From the NCBI GenBank assembly GCA_002011035.2, contig MTLY02000003.1, forward strand, positions 416,001 through 480,000: a DNA stretch of 64,000 nucleotides, given 5' to 3'. Each line of letters opens with the position of its first letter. Positions within the stretch are counted from its first letter, which is position 1. A model generated the notes under the pieces. It was not told where the DNA came from. It saw only the letters and a list, made by a program, of their open reading frames with translations, and did no database searches. Positions 38,018 to 47,573 of this stretch are shown piece after piece. A program made the translations under genes and the position numbers. This DNA comes from Candidatus Hecatella orcuttiae (GTDB lineage Archaea > Thermoproteota > Bathyarchaeia > Hecatellales > Hecatellaceae).

Positions 38018-39139
38018 TTGAAGCCTCCCTCCGAAGTAGCAAGTCTGAAACCCTGTGTGCACGGTGGAGAAATTTTTCAGGTAGCAGAGAAATACGGCCT
38101 AGACCCTAGGGAGCTCCTGGATTTCAGCGCCAACATAAACCCCTTAGGGCCTCCGCCTGAGGCCCTTGAAGCTGTTAAAGCCAGCCTGTGGGAGGTTTCC
38201 CTCTATCCTGAAACAGATTCCGCGGCGCTTCGAAGGGCCCTAGCCCAGCATGTGGGCGGCCTGACCTCCGAAAACGTCATCTTAGGCAATGGTTCCACGG
38301 AGCTTATCCACCTTTTCGCTCAAGTTTTTCTGAGAAAAGGCAGCAGAGCGGTTATCCCCTCTCCTACCTTTGGGGAGTATGAAGCCGCTGTCCTGAAGGC
38401 TGGAGGTAAACCCGTTTTCGTAGAAGCGGGGGAAGATTTTTCTTTCCAAGTCGACAAGATTTTGGGGAAGGTGGATTCCCGAACTGTTATGGTTTTTTTG
38501 TGCAACCCCAACAACCCTACCGGAGCCCTCATGCCTGCGGAAGAGTTGATAAGCCTCATCGAAAAAGCGGAGGAGAAGGGCATCCTAGTCTTCTTGGATG
38601 AAGACTGCATGGATTTCGTGGAAGACGGGAAGCGTTTCTCCCTGTCAGGGAATGTGGAAAAACATCCTAACCTCTTCACTTTAAGGTCCTTCACCAAGTT
38701 CTACGGTATGCCCGGCCTTCGAATAGGCTACGGGTTTGCCTCCAAAAAAATCATCGAACCCATGTTGGGGTTGAAGATACCTTGGAACGTTAACTGCTTA
38801 GCTCAAGCCGCAGCTCTTCAAGCTTTAAAGGCTCAAGATTACCCGCGGAAGACTAGGGAGCTCATTCAAAAAGAAAGACTTTTTCTGATGGAGGAGCTTA
38901 AAGGTTTCAACAACCTGAGAGTCTACCCCACGGAAGCCAACTTCATTCTCATCGACATAGAGGGCTCAGGTTTAACAGCAGCGCAGCTTAAAGAAAAAAT
39001 GTTGAGACAAGGTATCCTGATCAGGGACTGCAGCTCCTTCCGAGGTTTAAGCAGCCGCCACGTTCGAGTGGCGGTGAGAAGTCGGAGGGAAAACCTGAGG
39101 CTGCTGGAAGCCCTCCGAAAGGTGTTGAAAAACCCATGA
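38018..39139 (+). CDS. cobD: L-threonine-O-3-phosphate decarboxylase
   Basis: HGG, LDFSANINPLG, GNGSTELI, CNPNNPTG, RSFTKFYGMPGLRIGY, IRDC; heads the cob cluster. Confidence 0.88.
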   Translation: MKPPSEVASLKPCVHGGEIFQVAEKYGLDPRELLDFSANINPLGPPPEALEAVKASLWEVSLYPETDSAALRRALAQHVGGLTSENVILGNGSTELIHLFAQVFLRKGSRAVIPSPTFGEYEAAVLKAGGKPVFVEAGEDFSFQVDKILGKVDSRTVMVFLCNPNNPTGALMPAEELISLIEKAEEKGILVFLDEDCMDFVEDGKRFSLSGNVEKHPNLFTLRSFTKFYGMPGLRIGYGFASKKIIEPMLGLKIPWNVNCLAQAAALQALKAQDYPRKTRELIQKERLFLMEELKGFNNLRVYPTEANFILIDIEGSGLTAAQLKEKMLRQGILIRDCSSFRGLSSRHVRVAVRSRRENLRLLEALRKVLKNP

Positions 39140-39489
39140 GGCCTATGGGCAGGGATTACGTGGAAGAAACCATCCGGTCAGGGAAGCTCAGAGGCCCTGA
39201 CAGGACCTGCCCCTATTATCCCTGCCACAGGGAAGGCCATGACTGCACATGGTGTTTCTGTCCCTTCTACCCCTGCTTGGACGAGTCCAAGGGAGGCCTA
39301 TGGGTGAAAAATAGCCAGACAGGGAAAACCGTCTGGAGCTGCAAAGGCTGCGAATGGATTCATGAGCCTAAAATCGCTGAACGAGTGCTCGCCGAGCTGT
39401 TAAAGGTGAGAAACAAGCCCGGGGCCCCCAACCGCAGCCAGCTGCTTCGAATTTTAAGGCGAATCTCAGAGGAGGATCGGGGAAAATGA
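39136..39489 (+). CDS. Cysteine-rich small-domain (zf-like) protein
   Basis: CPYYPCH...CTWCFCPFYPC...WSCKGCEWIH. Confidence 0.8.
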   Translation: MRPMGRDYVEETIRSGKLRGPDRTCPYYPCHREGHDCTWCFCPFYPCLDESKGGLWVKNSQTGKTVWSCKGCEWIHEPKIAERVLAELLKVRNKPGAPNRSQLLRILRRISEEDRGK

Positions 39490-41033
39490 AGGCCAAAACG
39501 TTGATGGTTCAAGGAACTTCCTCCCACTGCGGTAAAACCTTGCTGGTCGCCGCTTTCTGCAGGATCTTTTCCGACGCCGGCTATAGGGTGGCACCCTTCA
39601 AAGCTCAGAACATGTCCCTGAACTCCTTTGTCACCGAGGACGGAGCTGAAATCGCTCGGGCTCAGGCACTCCAAGCCTTCGCCGGCGAGGTTAAACCCTC
39701 CGCGGACATGAACCCCATCCTGCTCAAGCCCAAAGGCGACATGACCTCTCAGATAGTCTTCCACGGCAAGCCCTACAGGGATATGGGGGTTGAAGAATAC
39801 TACAGGGATTTCGCCCTCACCAAAGGCTGGGAAGGCGTCCAAGCCTCCTTCAACCGGCTGGCTTCTGAATACGATTTGGTTCTCATCGAAGGGGCGGGGA
39901 GCCCTGCGGAGATTAACCTCTACGAAGTGGACATCGCCAACATGCGCACCGCGGAGGCCGTGGGAGCGCCTGTCCTGCTGGTTGCCGACATCGACCGAGG
40001 CGGCGTCTTCGCCAACTTGGTAGGCACCATGGAGCTTCTTAAGCCTCGCCACCGGAAACTGGTCAGAGGCTTCATCATCAACAAGTTCCGAGGCCATCTG
40101 AGCCTCTTGGAGAAAGGCCTGAAGCAGCTGGAAGCCCTCACAGGGAAGCCTGTGCTGGGGGTTCTCCCTTACATCCCCGGCCTGCTGCTGCCGGGGGAAG
40201 ACTCCGTTTCCCTAGAAGAAACCCGCCCTTCAGCTTCCCCAGTGTTGGACATCGCCGTCATCAGGCTGCCTAGGATATCCAACTTCACCGACTTCGACCC
40301 TCTCCAACTGGAGCCGGGGGTTCAGGTTCGCTACGTGGAATGCGCTGAGGCCTTGGGTAAGCCTGACGCCATCATTCTCCCGGGGACGAAGAACACCGTT
40401 CAAGACCTCCTCTGGCTGCGAAGCTCCGGGTTAGCCGCTGAGATCATTCGAAGGGCGTTGGAGGACCATACCCCTATCCTAGGAATCTGCGGAGGCTACC
40501 AGATGCTGGGAAAACGCGTCGTCGACGAAAAAGGAATCGAAGGCGGGTCTTCCACATGCGTGGAAGGTTTAGGCCTCTTGGACGTGGTCACCGAGTTCGG
40601 AGCGTACGCTAAGACAACCCGGCAGGTTTCGGCTCAGGTGGTGGGAGACGGCCCTCTGCTGGGGGCGGTTAAGGGTGAAAGCTTTTCCGGATACGAAATC
40701 CACATGGGCACCACCCATCTGGGGAAAGACGTTCAGCCGGCTTTCCGAATAACCCGGTTGGGTAAAAAGCCTGCGCGAAGGCTGGAAGGCGTCACCGACA
40801 GGCGGGGGCTAGTCATCGGAACCTACATCCACGGCCTTTTCGACGCGCCCCCCATCCGGAAAGCCTTCCTCACCTATCTATCCTCCCGGAAAGGCGCTGT
40901 CTTCAACCGGTTTAGGGGAAGCGTCTGGAAAGCTTGGCAGCGGGACCTAGAAAAGCTAGCCCAAACCGTTAAAAACCATGTGGACATGGACAAAGTCTGC
41001 GAAATAGTGGGACTGCCTCCCCTCGGCGGCTGA
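39486..41033 (+). CDS. cbiP: Cobyric acid synthase
   Basis: MVQGTSSHCGKT, PFKAQNMSLNS, NPILLKP, EGAGSPAEINL, GICGGYQMLG, GYEIH, GTYIHG. Confidence 0.95.
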   Translation: MKAKTLMVQGTSSHCGKTLLVAAFCRIFSDAGYRVAPFKAQNMSLNSFVTEDGAEIARAQALQAFAGEVKPSADMNPILLKPKGDMTSQIVFHGKPYRDMGVEEYYRDFALTKGWEGVQASFNRLASEYDLVLIEGAGSPAEINLYEVDIANMRTAEAVGAPVLLVADIDRGGVFANLVGTMELLKPRHRKLVRGFIINKFRGHLSLLEKGLKQLEALTGKPVLGVLPYIPGLLLPGEDSVSLEETRPSASPVLDIAVIRLPRISNFTDFDPLQLEPGVQVRYVECAEALGKPDAIILPGTKNTVQDLLWLRSSGLAAEIIRRALEDHTPILGICGGYQMLGKRVVDEKGIEGGSSTCVEGLGLLDVVTEFGAYAKTTRQVSAQVVGDGPLLGAVKGESFSGYEIHMGTTHLGKDVQPAFRITRLGKKPARRLEGVTDRRGLVIGTYIHGLFDAPPIRKAFLTYLSSRKGAVFNRFRGSVWKAWQRDLEKLAQTVKNHVDMDKVCEIVGLPPLGG

Positions 41034-41038
41034 AGAAC

Positions 41039-42007
41039 ATGGCCTCCCCTGGAACTCTACCGTTGGGTGTTCCTCTCGGAATATTAGCCTTAGCCCTACT
41101 GGTCGACTACGTGTTCGGGGAGCCTCCTGCTAGGTTTCACCCCACTGTTTGGATGGGAAAATTCGCAGCGGCCTTAGAGCCCAAACTGGGAGGTAGAAGT
41201 CCCCGTGTTGAAAAGCTGGGAGGCGTTTTCTTAGCCCTAGCCTGTCCTCTTCTGTTCGCGGTTCCGGTTTTTTTCGCCCTAGCCTTGGCCAAACACCATC
41301 TCGGCTTAGCAGCCTACACGGTGGCGGCGGCTGTCCTCCTCAAACTCACCTTCGCCATCAAAGCCATGGAAGAACATGCCTTTCCCATAGCTGAAGCATT
41401 GAGGCGGAGGAAGCTGGGGGAAGCGAGGCGCTTGGTCTCGCGGATTGTGGGCAGGGATACAGCGGAGCTTAACGAGGAGCAGGTCATATCCGCCGCCGTC
41501 GAGTCGGTGGGAGAAAGCACCGTAGACGGGGTGGTGGCACCTCTGTTCTACTTCGCCCTCCTAGGCGTGCCCGCCGCCGTTGCCTACAGGGCTGTTAACA
41601 CCTTGGATTCGATGGTGGGCTACAGGAACTACAAGTACGCTAACCTAGGCTTTTTTCCCGCCAGGTTGGACGCTTGGGCTAACTGGTGCCCGGCGAGGCT
41701 GACAGGGTTTCTGATGGTCTTAGCCGCCGGGCTTCTGGGGGAGGATTGGCGGAAGGCCTTGGAAACCCTGCGGAGGGACAGAAGCAGAACTCCCAGCATC
41801 AACGCAGGCTGGCCTCTTTCCGCCATGGCTGGAGCCTTGGGTGTTAGGTTGGAGAAGCCGGGCTTCTACGCCCTCGGCGACGGAGCCAGCCCTCTTAAAC
41901 CAGAGCATATTTTCAGGTCTCTCCGCATTATGAAGCTAACCGCCTACCTCTTCATCGGGTTGGTGGTTATCCCCGTTGCTGTGGGAATTATCACAGTCAT
42001 AGGGTGA
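41039..42007 (+). CDS. cbiB: Adenosylcobinamide-phosphate synthase
   Basis: GEP..HPTVWMG, IVGRDT, AVESVGE, YRAVNTLDSMVGY, SINAGWP, LEKPG. Confidence 0.93.
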   Translation: MASPGTLPLGVPLGILALALLVDYVFGEPPARFHPTVWMGKFAAALEPKLGGRSPRVEKLGGVFLALACPLLFAVPVFFALALAKHHLGLAAYTVAAAVLLKLTFAIKAMEEHAFPIAEALRRRKLGEARRLVSRIVGRDTAELNEEQVISAAVESVGESTVDGVVAPLFYFALLGVPAAVAYRAVNTLDSMVGYRNYKYANLGFFPARLDAWANWCPARLTGFLMVLAAGLLGEDWRKALETLRRDRSRTPSINAGWPLSAMAGALGVRLEKPGFYALGDGASPLKPEHIFRSLRIMKLTAYLFIGLVVIPVAVGIITVIG

Positions 42008-43161
42008 AACGGATGAAAAAACCCGTGAAGTTCGAAGGAAAAACTCCCATCGAAGATGTGAGATGCCGCCTTGAAAAAGGCACCCTCATCCTAGAGTCTA
42101 AACGGCTGCTCACCGTCCTAAGCTCAGCTGTTTTAAACGGGGGAATCCGCAAGGCCAAAGCCATCATCAACCACCACGTCCCCAAAAACTTCCACTACAA
42201 GAAACCCGGAGAATTCCTCAGAAAAGTAGCTGGGCGGCTGAATCTACCGGAGCCCGTGGTGGGTTTGATGACTGCGGCTGACGTGAGAAAAGCCGCTACC
42301 ATAACTCACAGAAGCCGAGAGCTCACCGTCTACGCCTTGGTCACCGCTGGGCTTTCCAACCCCGCCACGGCAGGCGACAGACCCGTTAACCCAGCGGCTT
42401 CCGGCACCATCAACATCATCCTCCTCGTCGACGGCAACCTCAGCGAAGGCTGCATGGTGGGAGTGGTGAAAACAGCCACAGAAGCCAAGGCTGTGGCGTT
42501 GAGGGAGCTGGATGTGAGAAGCCAATATTCAGGCCAGCTGGCCAGCGGAACCACCAGCGACGCCTTGGCAGTCGCCCACACGGGGCGAGGGGCCCTCATC
42601 GAATATGCGGGAACCGCCACAAAGCTCGGTGAACTGGTAGGCCGGTCGGTCAAGTTGGCTGTGAAGGAGGCAGTCCTAAGGCAGAACGGCCTCGTCCCCC
42701 ACCGCCCCCTCATCCAAAGGCTTAAAGAAAGAGGAATCACCCTCAACCGCCTAGTTCAAACAGCCATGAGGCTCTGCGTTCACCATCCCAGCATGGGGTC
42801 TAAGGAGCGAATAAGAAAGATCTTAGAAGAAGGCTTCGACAAAGCCCTAGCCGACGTGAACGTGGCCGCCTTGGTGATGGCGGGGCTGAGGCTTGAAGAA
42901 GAAGGCAGCCTCAGCCTCCTCCCCGGCATGCCGGGGGAAATCTTCCGGGAAGACCCGGTAAACCTGTTGGCAGACGAAATCTTAGGAATGGCCATCAGCA
43001 ACTACATTGCCGGAAGTAAGGGAGTCTTCGAATTCGTCCGCTTCGACAAGGCTAAACCCGGCGTTCTCGGAAAGCTGGGGCCTTTCTCCGACGACGCCAT
43101 AGGCGGCCTCGTAGCCGGCGTCTCGTCGAACATGTACACGGCTCTCCTAGGAAGGAAATGA
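42004..43161 (+). CDS. cbiS: Adenosylcobinamide amidohydrolase CbiZ fused to CobZ (PgpA-like) phosphatase, CbiS-type
   Basis: CbiZ motifs LSSAVLNGG, VGLMTAA, TAGLSN, GTINI, TEAK, SGTTSD; C-terminal DVNV, DPVNLLADE, FDKAKPG, LGPFSDD. Confidence 0.8.
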   Translation: MKRMKKPVKFEGKTPIEDVRCRLEKGTLILESKRLLTVLSSAVLNGGIRKAKAIINHHVPKNFHYKKPGEFLRKVAGRLNLPEPVVGLMTAADVRKAATITHRSRELTVYALVTAGLSNPATAGDRPVNPAASGTINIILLVDGNLSEGCMVGVVKTATEAKAVALRELDVRSQYSGQLASGTTSDALAVAHTGRGALIEYAGTATKLGELVGRSVKLAVKEAVLRQNGLVPHRPLIQRLKERGITLNRLVQTAMRLCVHHPSMGSKERIRKILEEGFDKALADVNVAALVMAGLRLEEEGSLSLLPGMPGEIFREDPVNLLADEILGMAISNYIAGSKGVFEFVRFDKAKPGVLGKLGPFSDDAIGGLVAGVSSNMYTALLGRK

Positions 43162-43167
43162 AACCCC

Positions 43168-43923
43168 ATGGAATGGTTGAAGGCGATAAGGGACATCTTC
43201 GGCTTCTTCACCGTCATCCCTGTTAAAACAGACTCGCAATCTCTAAACCGAACCGCCAGCTACATGTTCCTATCCCCTCTGGCAGGCGGCTTCATCGGCC
43301 TTTCAGCCGGTCTCCTCGCATGGGCTCTGTTTCATGCCATTCCCCCTCTCCTCGTAGGGATGGTAACAATGGGGTTCATCCTTTTGCTCACAGGCCTCCA
43401 CCATACCGACGGACTGCTGGACTTCGGAGACGGCTTGATGGCCCAAGGCTCTTGGGAGCGCAAACTCCAAGTCATGCACGACCGTCAAACCGGTACAGGG
43501 GGACTGGTCCTAGGTCTCGTCGTCATCCTGATTACCGCCTTCGCTATCTCTGAACTAGGCTTAGAGGCGCTGCGGGGCTTAGTTGCGGCTGAAGTCTCAG
43601 CTAAACTCTCCATGGTAGTGGGCACTTGGGCCGGCAGACCGGCTCATGAGGGTTTAAGCAGCCTCTTCATCAAAGCCATGCATGGGCGCGGCCGGAAACT
43701 TCGCTTGGCAGGAGGTCTACTCCTATCCTCTGGTATAGCCTTCCCCCTTCTTGGAGGAAGAGGTCTGCTCCTCTTGGCCGCCGGGATCATCACAGCCCTC
43801 GTATTGGTGGCGGTTTCGAACAGAAACTTCGGAGGCATAACCGGCGATGTGCTTGGGGCCTCCAACGACCTCGCACGTATGACTTCCCTCCTAACTTTCC
43901 TCGTCGTGACTCCATGGATTTGA
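43168..43923 (+). CDS. cobS: Adenosylcobinamide-GDP ribazoletransferase
   Basis: FFTVIP, TGLHHTDGLLDFGDG, MHD..GTGG, FGGITGDVLGA. Confidence 0.93.
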   Translation: MEWLKAIRDIFGFFTVIPVKTDSQSLNRTASYMFLSPLAGGFIGLSAGLLAWALFHAIPPLLVGMVTMGFILLLTGLHHTDGLLDFGDGLMAQGSWERKLQVMHDRQTGTGGLVLGLVVILITAFAISELGLEALRGLVAAEVSAKLSMVVGTWAGRPAHEGLSSLFIKAMHGRGRKLRLAGGLLLSSGIAFPLLGGRGLLLLAAGIITALVLVAVSNRNFGGITGDVLGASNDLARMTSLLTFLVVTPWI

Positions 43924-44109
43924 TCTATCTTCTTCTCCAACGCAGTAAGTTGTCTGATAAACCTTGATGAAGGCGTTCTAGCGCTCCAGGAAAATAATTT
44001 TTTTGAGTTACTAGAGAGAAAGCAGTAAACATCGAATGATGAGTGCGAAGTTCACAAAGTCAAGTTCTTAACTGAAGCTGTCTATGATTATTGGAGGGTA
44101 AGGAGTAGG

Positions 44110-45381
44110 ATGGAAATCTGCGCGGTGAGTCAGTCTTTCTATCCCTACGCAGGAGGTGTCTCCTACTACCTTCTGTGGTTAGGCCGGAAACTGCGGAAGC
44201 AGGGGCATAAGCTCTACGTCGTTCACCTTCGCCCCTTGAAAGCTCCGGCCAAAGACGTGGTGGAAGACATCAAAGTTTACAGGGTTCCGGAAACCTCTTT
44301 AGACCCGCGGATTGTTTCCGGGTACACTCGGTTTAAAGAACTGATCCTGAAAGTTTTCCACGGTGAAGAAAGCTCTGAAGAGAAGCTGATAAACAAGCAT
44401 CTTTACGGGTTCAACGAGTATTTCGCCATCAACAAAATGTTCGCCGATAAGATCAGCGAGCTTTATGATGAAACCGGATTCGACCTTCTTCACGTGCACG
44501 ATTTTCAAGTCCTCCTGATGGGGTCTATGCTCCGGGAGCTGAAAATCCCCAAAGTATTCACTTGGCATATTCCCTTCACCGAGGAGGTTCCGAAAAGATG
44601 GCGGGAGTTTATCGTTCAACACATGCAAGAATACGATCGCGTAGTCTTGTCGACCCGGGTCTACGTGTCCACAGCCCTTCAAAGCGGCCTCAGTTGGGAT
44701 AAAGTCCGATGCATCTACCCTTTCGTCGCCGTGGAAAAAGTAAAGGTCAGCCGCTTCCGCAAAAAATACGGGCTAAGTCGGGAGGAAAAAATCATCCTCT
44801 GCGTGGCCAGGATCGACCAGTTTAAGGGTCAAGATATCCTGATAAAAGCTTTGCCTCGCATCTTGGAAAAAGAGCCCCATGTGAGATGCGTCTTTGTGGG
44901 GAACGGGTCCATGACCAAGGATGTCCTTAAAGCCAGCGAAAAAAAGCAGTATGAGGAGCGCTTGAAAAGCCTCATACATGAAATGAATCTGAAAGATCAC
45001 GTGATATTCACCGGCCACATTTCCAGAAGCGACCTCATGCAAGCCTATAAAGCATGCGACGTCGTTGTTCTCCCCTCCATCATGGAAGGTTTCGGCTTAG
45101 CGATAACTGAAGGCATGGCCTTCGGTAAACCCGTCATCGGCTCGGCTGTGGGGGGAATAAAAAGCCAAATATGGCCTGGAGTCAACGGATACCTGGTTGA
45201 AGCAGGCAACGTCACCCAGCTGGCTGAGGCCTTGGTGAAGGTTCTGTCGGATAAAGAGCTTAAGGAAAAGCTGGGAAGGAGAGCGAGAGAAATCTATGAG
45301 AGAAACTACAGCGTAGCCAGAGGTGTAAAAGACAACATAGAGCTTTACGAAGATATCCTAGGCTACAACTGGAAAAAATAG
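44110..45381 (+). CDS. GT-B glycosyltransferase with OtsA-like motifs
   Basis: HVHDFQVL...FTWHIPF, ARIDQFKG, EGFGLAITEGM. Confidence 0.75.
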   Translation: MEICAVSQSFYPYAGGVSYYLLWLGRKLRKQGHKLYVVHLRPLKAPAKDVVEDIKVYRVPETSLDPRIVSGYTRFKELILKVFHGEESSEEKLINKHLYGFNEYFAINKMFADKISELYDETGFDLLHVHDFQVLLMGSMLRELKIPKVFTWHIPFTEEVPKRWREFIVQHMQEYDRVVLSTRVYVSTALQSGLSWDKVRCIYPFVAVEKVKVSRFRKKYGLSREEKIILCVARIDQFKGQDILIKALPRILEKEPHVRCVFVGNGSMTKDVLKASEKKQYEERLKSLIHEMNLKDHVIFTGHISRSDLMQAYKACDVVVLPSIMEGFGLAITEGMAFGKPVIGSAVGGIKSQIWPGVNGYLVEAGNVTQLAEALVKVLSDKELKEKLGRRAREIYERNYSVARGVKDNIELYEDILGYNWKK

Positions 45382-47339
45382 TCAGGCCTCAAGCCTTGAC
45401 TAAGATACGGGGTAAACGCCATCTTAACCTGTTGAGCTTGACTGTTGGAAATCAGTCTCGCTGAAGACAGTCGGTCTAATCCCTCGTAAAGAACTCTCAG
45501 GGTTTCGCTATCCTTGACAAGGTCGACGACGGAGCTGCTTTCTCTAACTTCAAAAGAAAGGGTGCCATCGCACTTTAAGGCCTCCAGCAGCTTCGCCCCC
45601 AAAATTTTCTCAAAGCCGACGTTTGCGGGCTTCAAAACAATTCTTTTTCTACCTAAGGCTTCTTTTACAGTTTCCCCGATCATAGGCGGATAGATCTTCT
45701 CAGAAATCCCCTCCGAAGTTTCGTAGCAAACATGGTAGAAGGGAATCTGAAGAACTGTTGTTTCAGCAACCTTCATTCCCTTGGTGGTTATCACGTATTT
45801 CTGAAGGCTGTCAATGAAGGCTGTTTGGCTTTCTATCAAACAGTCAATTTGTTTTCTTATTTCCTCCGTCCTTTTTTTCATTTCATAGATGGTCTTCTGT
45901 TCAACCCTGATTTTTTTCCTCATCTCAGCCTTAAGGAAAGGCACTTTTGCTTGAAGGTCTTTAACCTGCGAGCGGTAGTGTTTCTCAATTTTTTGATGTT
46001 CTTCTTCCGCCCGTATTCGAGTATCCTCCATCTCCCTAGGGAGGGACGCTAAGTGAGCTCTTTTCTCTTTCTCCAACTCCTCGAGCTCAACAATCTTCTC
46101 CTTCAGGTCGTATATTCTCCGCTCAATCTCACTTATGCTGGATTGAACCTTCTGCCGTGTTTCCTCTTTTTTTCGAGTTTCCTGACGGATTTCAAGGATC
46201 TTTTGGTTTAATTCCCCCATTTCTTGCTCTATTTTTTTCAACGGCTTTCTTATCTCTTCCTCCCTCTTACCGCCCTTGTGGGTTTCCACTAGACCTTGAA
46301 GCTTTGAGTATTCCATTTTCAGGTCACTAAGCCGCATCGTGAGGGTGTGCAACTGCGTGGATAAGACATCTTGCTGGCTAAGGGTTTTCTTAAGTTCCCT
46401 TTCAAGTCTTTCCTTTTGAGGCTTCAGTTCAGATAAAATTCTACTGTATTCTTCTCTTTTTTGTTTTAATTCCCTGATTTCCCCCTCCAATTTATAGGAG
46501 TCTTTTTCCATCATGTCGAGGGTTGAAATTAAAGTTTTTTCAACCTCAGTAACCTGAGACTGGTATTTATCGTATAGCTTAGCCAGCTTAGTTTCAACCG
46601 TCTTACTTTCTTTCTCTATGGAGGGGAGAAACTCCGACTCGATTTCCTTGATTCTCTCGATCTGACGTAGACTCCAGTGGTAGGTTTGATGCACTAAAAG
46701 GTCTTTGGCGGAGGTAAGTTTCTTGATACCCTCAGATGCATCCGCGTACATTCTCGTGAAAATGTTGAAAATCTCCTCCACCTGTTCCCAGGATACTCTG
46801 GGAGGTAGGGATACAGCTTTTGCAATTTCCTCCCTTCGAAAATGGGCCATGCAGGGTTGGAGGTCGTAGACGAAGCTTTCATGGGGGACAAGCCCTGAAA
46901 CGGCGAAGGATCTGGATCCCCTAAAACATGCAAAGGTAACTTGGTGTTTTCTCAGGCTTGCCAAATAATCTTCCGCGGAGTTAACCTCTTTGATATCGTT
47001 GAGGAAACTGTCTACGTCTGGCAGTTCATCGTAGTCTATGATGCTGTGGAAGATTCCCAGCCCTTCAATGATCAGGCATGTTTCATCTTTCCAAGGCTTA
47101 GCCCAGAGAGGATAGAAAATCTTGGTGACGCTCAGATTTTTAACAGTTTTAGAGTGTTTTTTCCCAATTTTCTCTTTGAACTTTTCAATTAATGGCCGTT
47201 CCCCATCTATTCCCAGCCATTCATACCATATTCTCAAAAAAAGAAAGGCTATTTCAACTTCTTTTGAAGCCTCTTTTTTCTGTCCTTTCTCCGTAACTTC
47301 GAAGGCGTAAGGGAAAACTAGAGGCTCAAGTTCCTCCAA
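45363..47339 (-). CDS. Uncharacterised long coiled-coil protein
   Basis: Globular N-terminus (IFYPLW), roughly 300 aa E/K-rich heptad region, globular C-terminus (QIPFY...IYPP); no Walker A. Confidence 0.75.
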   Translation of the reverse strand: MEELEPLVFPYAFEVTEKGQKKEASKEVEIAFLFLRIWYEWLGIDGERPLIEKFKEKIGKKHSKTVKNLSVTKIFYPLWAKPWKDETCLIIEGLGIFHSIIDYDELPDVDSFLNDIKEVNSAEDYLASLRKHQVTFACFRGSRSFAVSGLVPHESFVYDLQPCMAHFRREEIAKAVSLPPRVSWEQVEEIFNIFTRMYADASEGIKKLTSAKDLLVHQTYHWSLRQIERIKEIESEFLPSIEKESKTVETKLAKLYDKYQSQVTEVEKTLISTLDMMEKDSYKLEGEIRELKQKREEYSRILSELKPQKERLERELKKTLSQQDVLSTQLHTLTMRLSDLKMEYSKLQGLVETHKGGKREEEIRKPLKKIEQEMGELNQKILEIRQETRKKEETRQKVQSSISEIERRIYDLKEKIVELEELEKEKRAHLASLPREMEDTRIRAEEEHQKIEKHYRSQVKDLQAKVPFLKAEMRKKIRVEQKTIYEMKKRTEEIRKQIDCLIESQTAFIDSLQKYVITTKGMKVAETTVLQIPFYHVCYETSEGISEKIYPPMIGETVKEALGRKRIVLKPANVGFEKILGAKLLEALKCDGTLSFEVRESSSVVDLVKDSETLRVLYEGLDRLSSARLISNSQAQQVKMAFTPYLSQGLRPDYFFQL

Positions 47340-47573
47340 ATTTTTATAGGCTCCTTTGAATCGGTTTAAATCAGCAAGATACCCTTAAGAGGATCGATAT
47401 TTTCACAATTAAACTTTGTTCACCTAACGTTTTTTGAGGATTTTTCTTGACGCGTAAGCGTTGAAGCCCTCAAAAACGGGTCTGCCAGATAATTTTTAAA
47501 CCTACCGTCGATAAGAATCTCCCAGAGCTTAAAGCTTAAACGTACTTCTCCATATAGAGGACGCCTGATCCTC

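Noticed and set aside
43950-44075. C/D box sRNA (CTGA, TTGATGA, ATGATGA...CTGA)
   Set aside because: The boxes do not form a complete C-D'-C'-D arrangement with normal spacing.
45363-47339. SMC/Rad50 call for the coiled-coil protein
   Set aside because: No Walker A/B, signature motif, hinge or CxxC hook.
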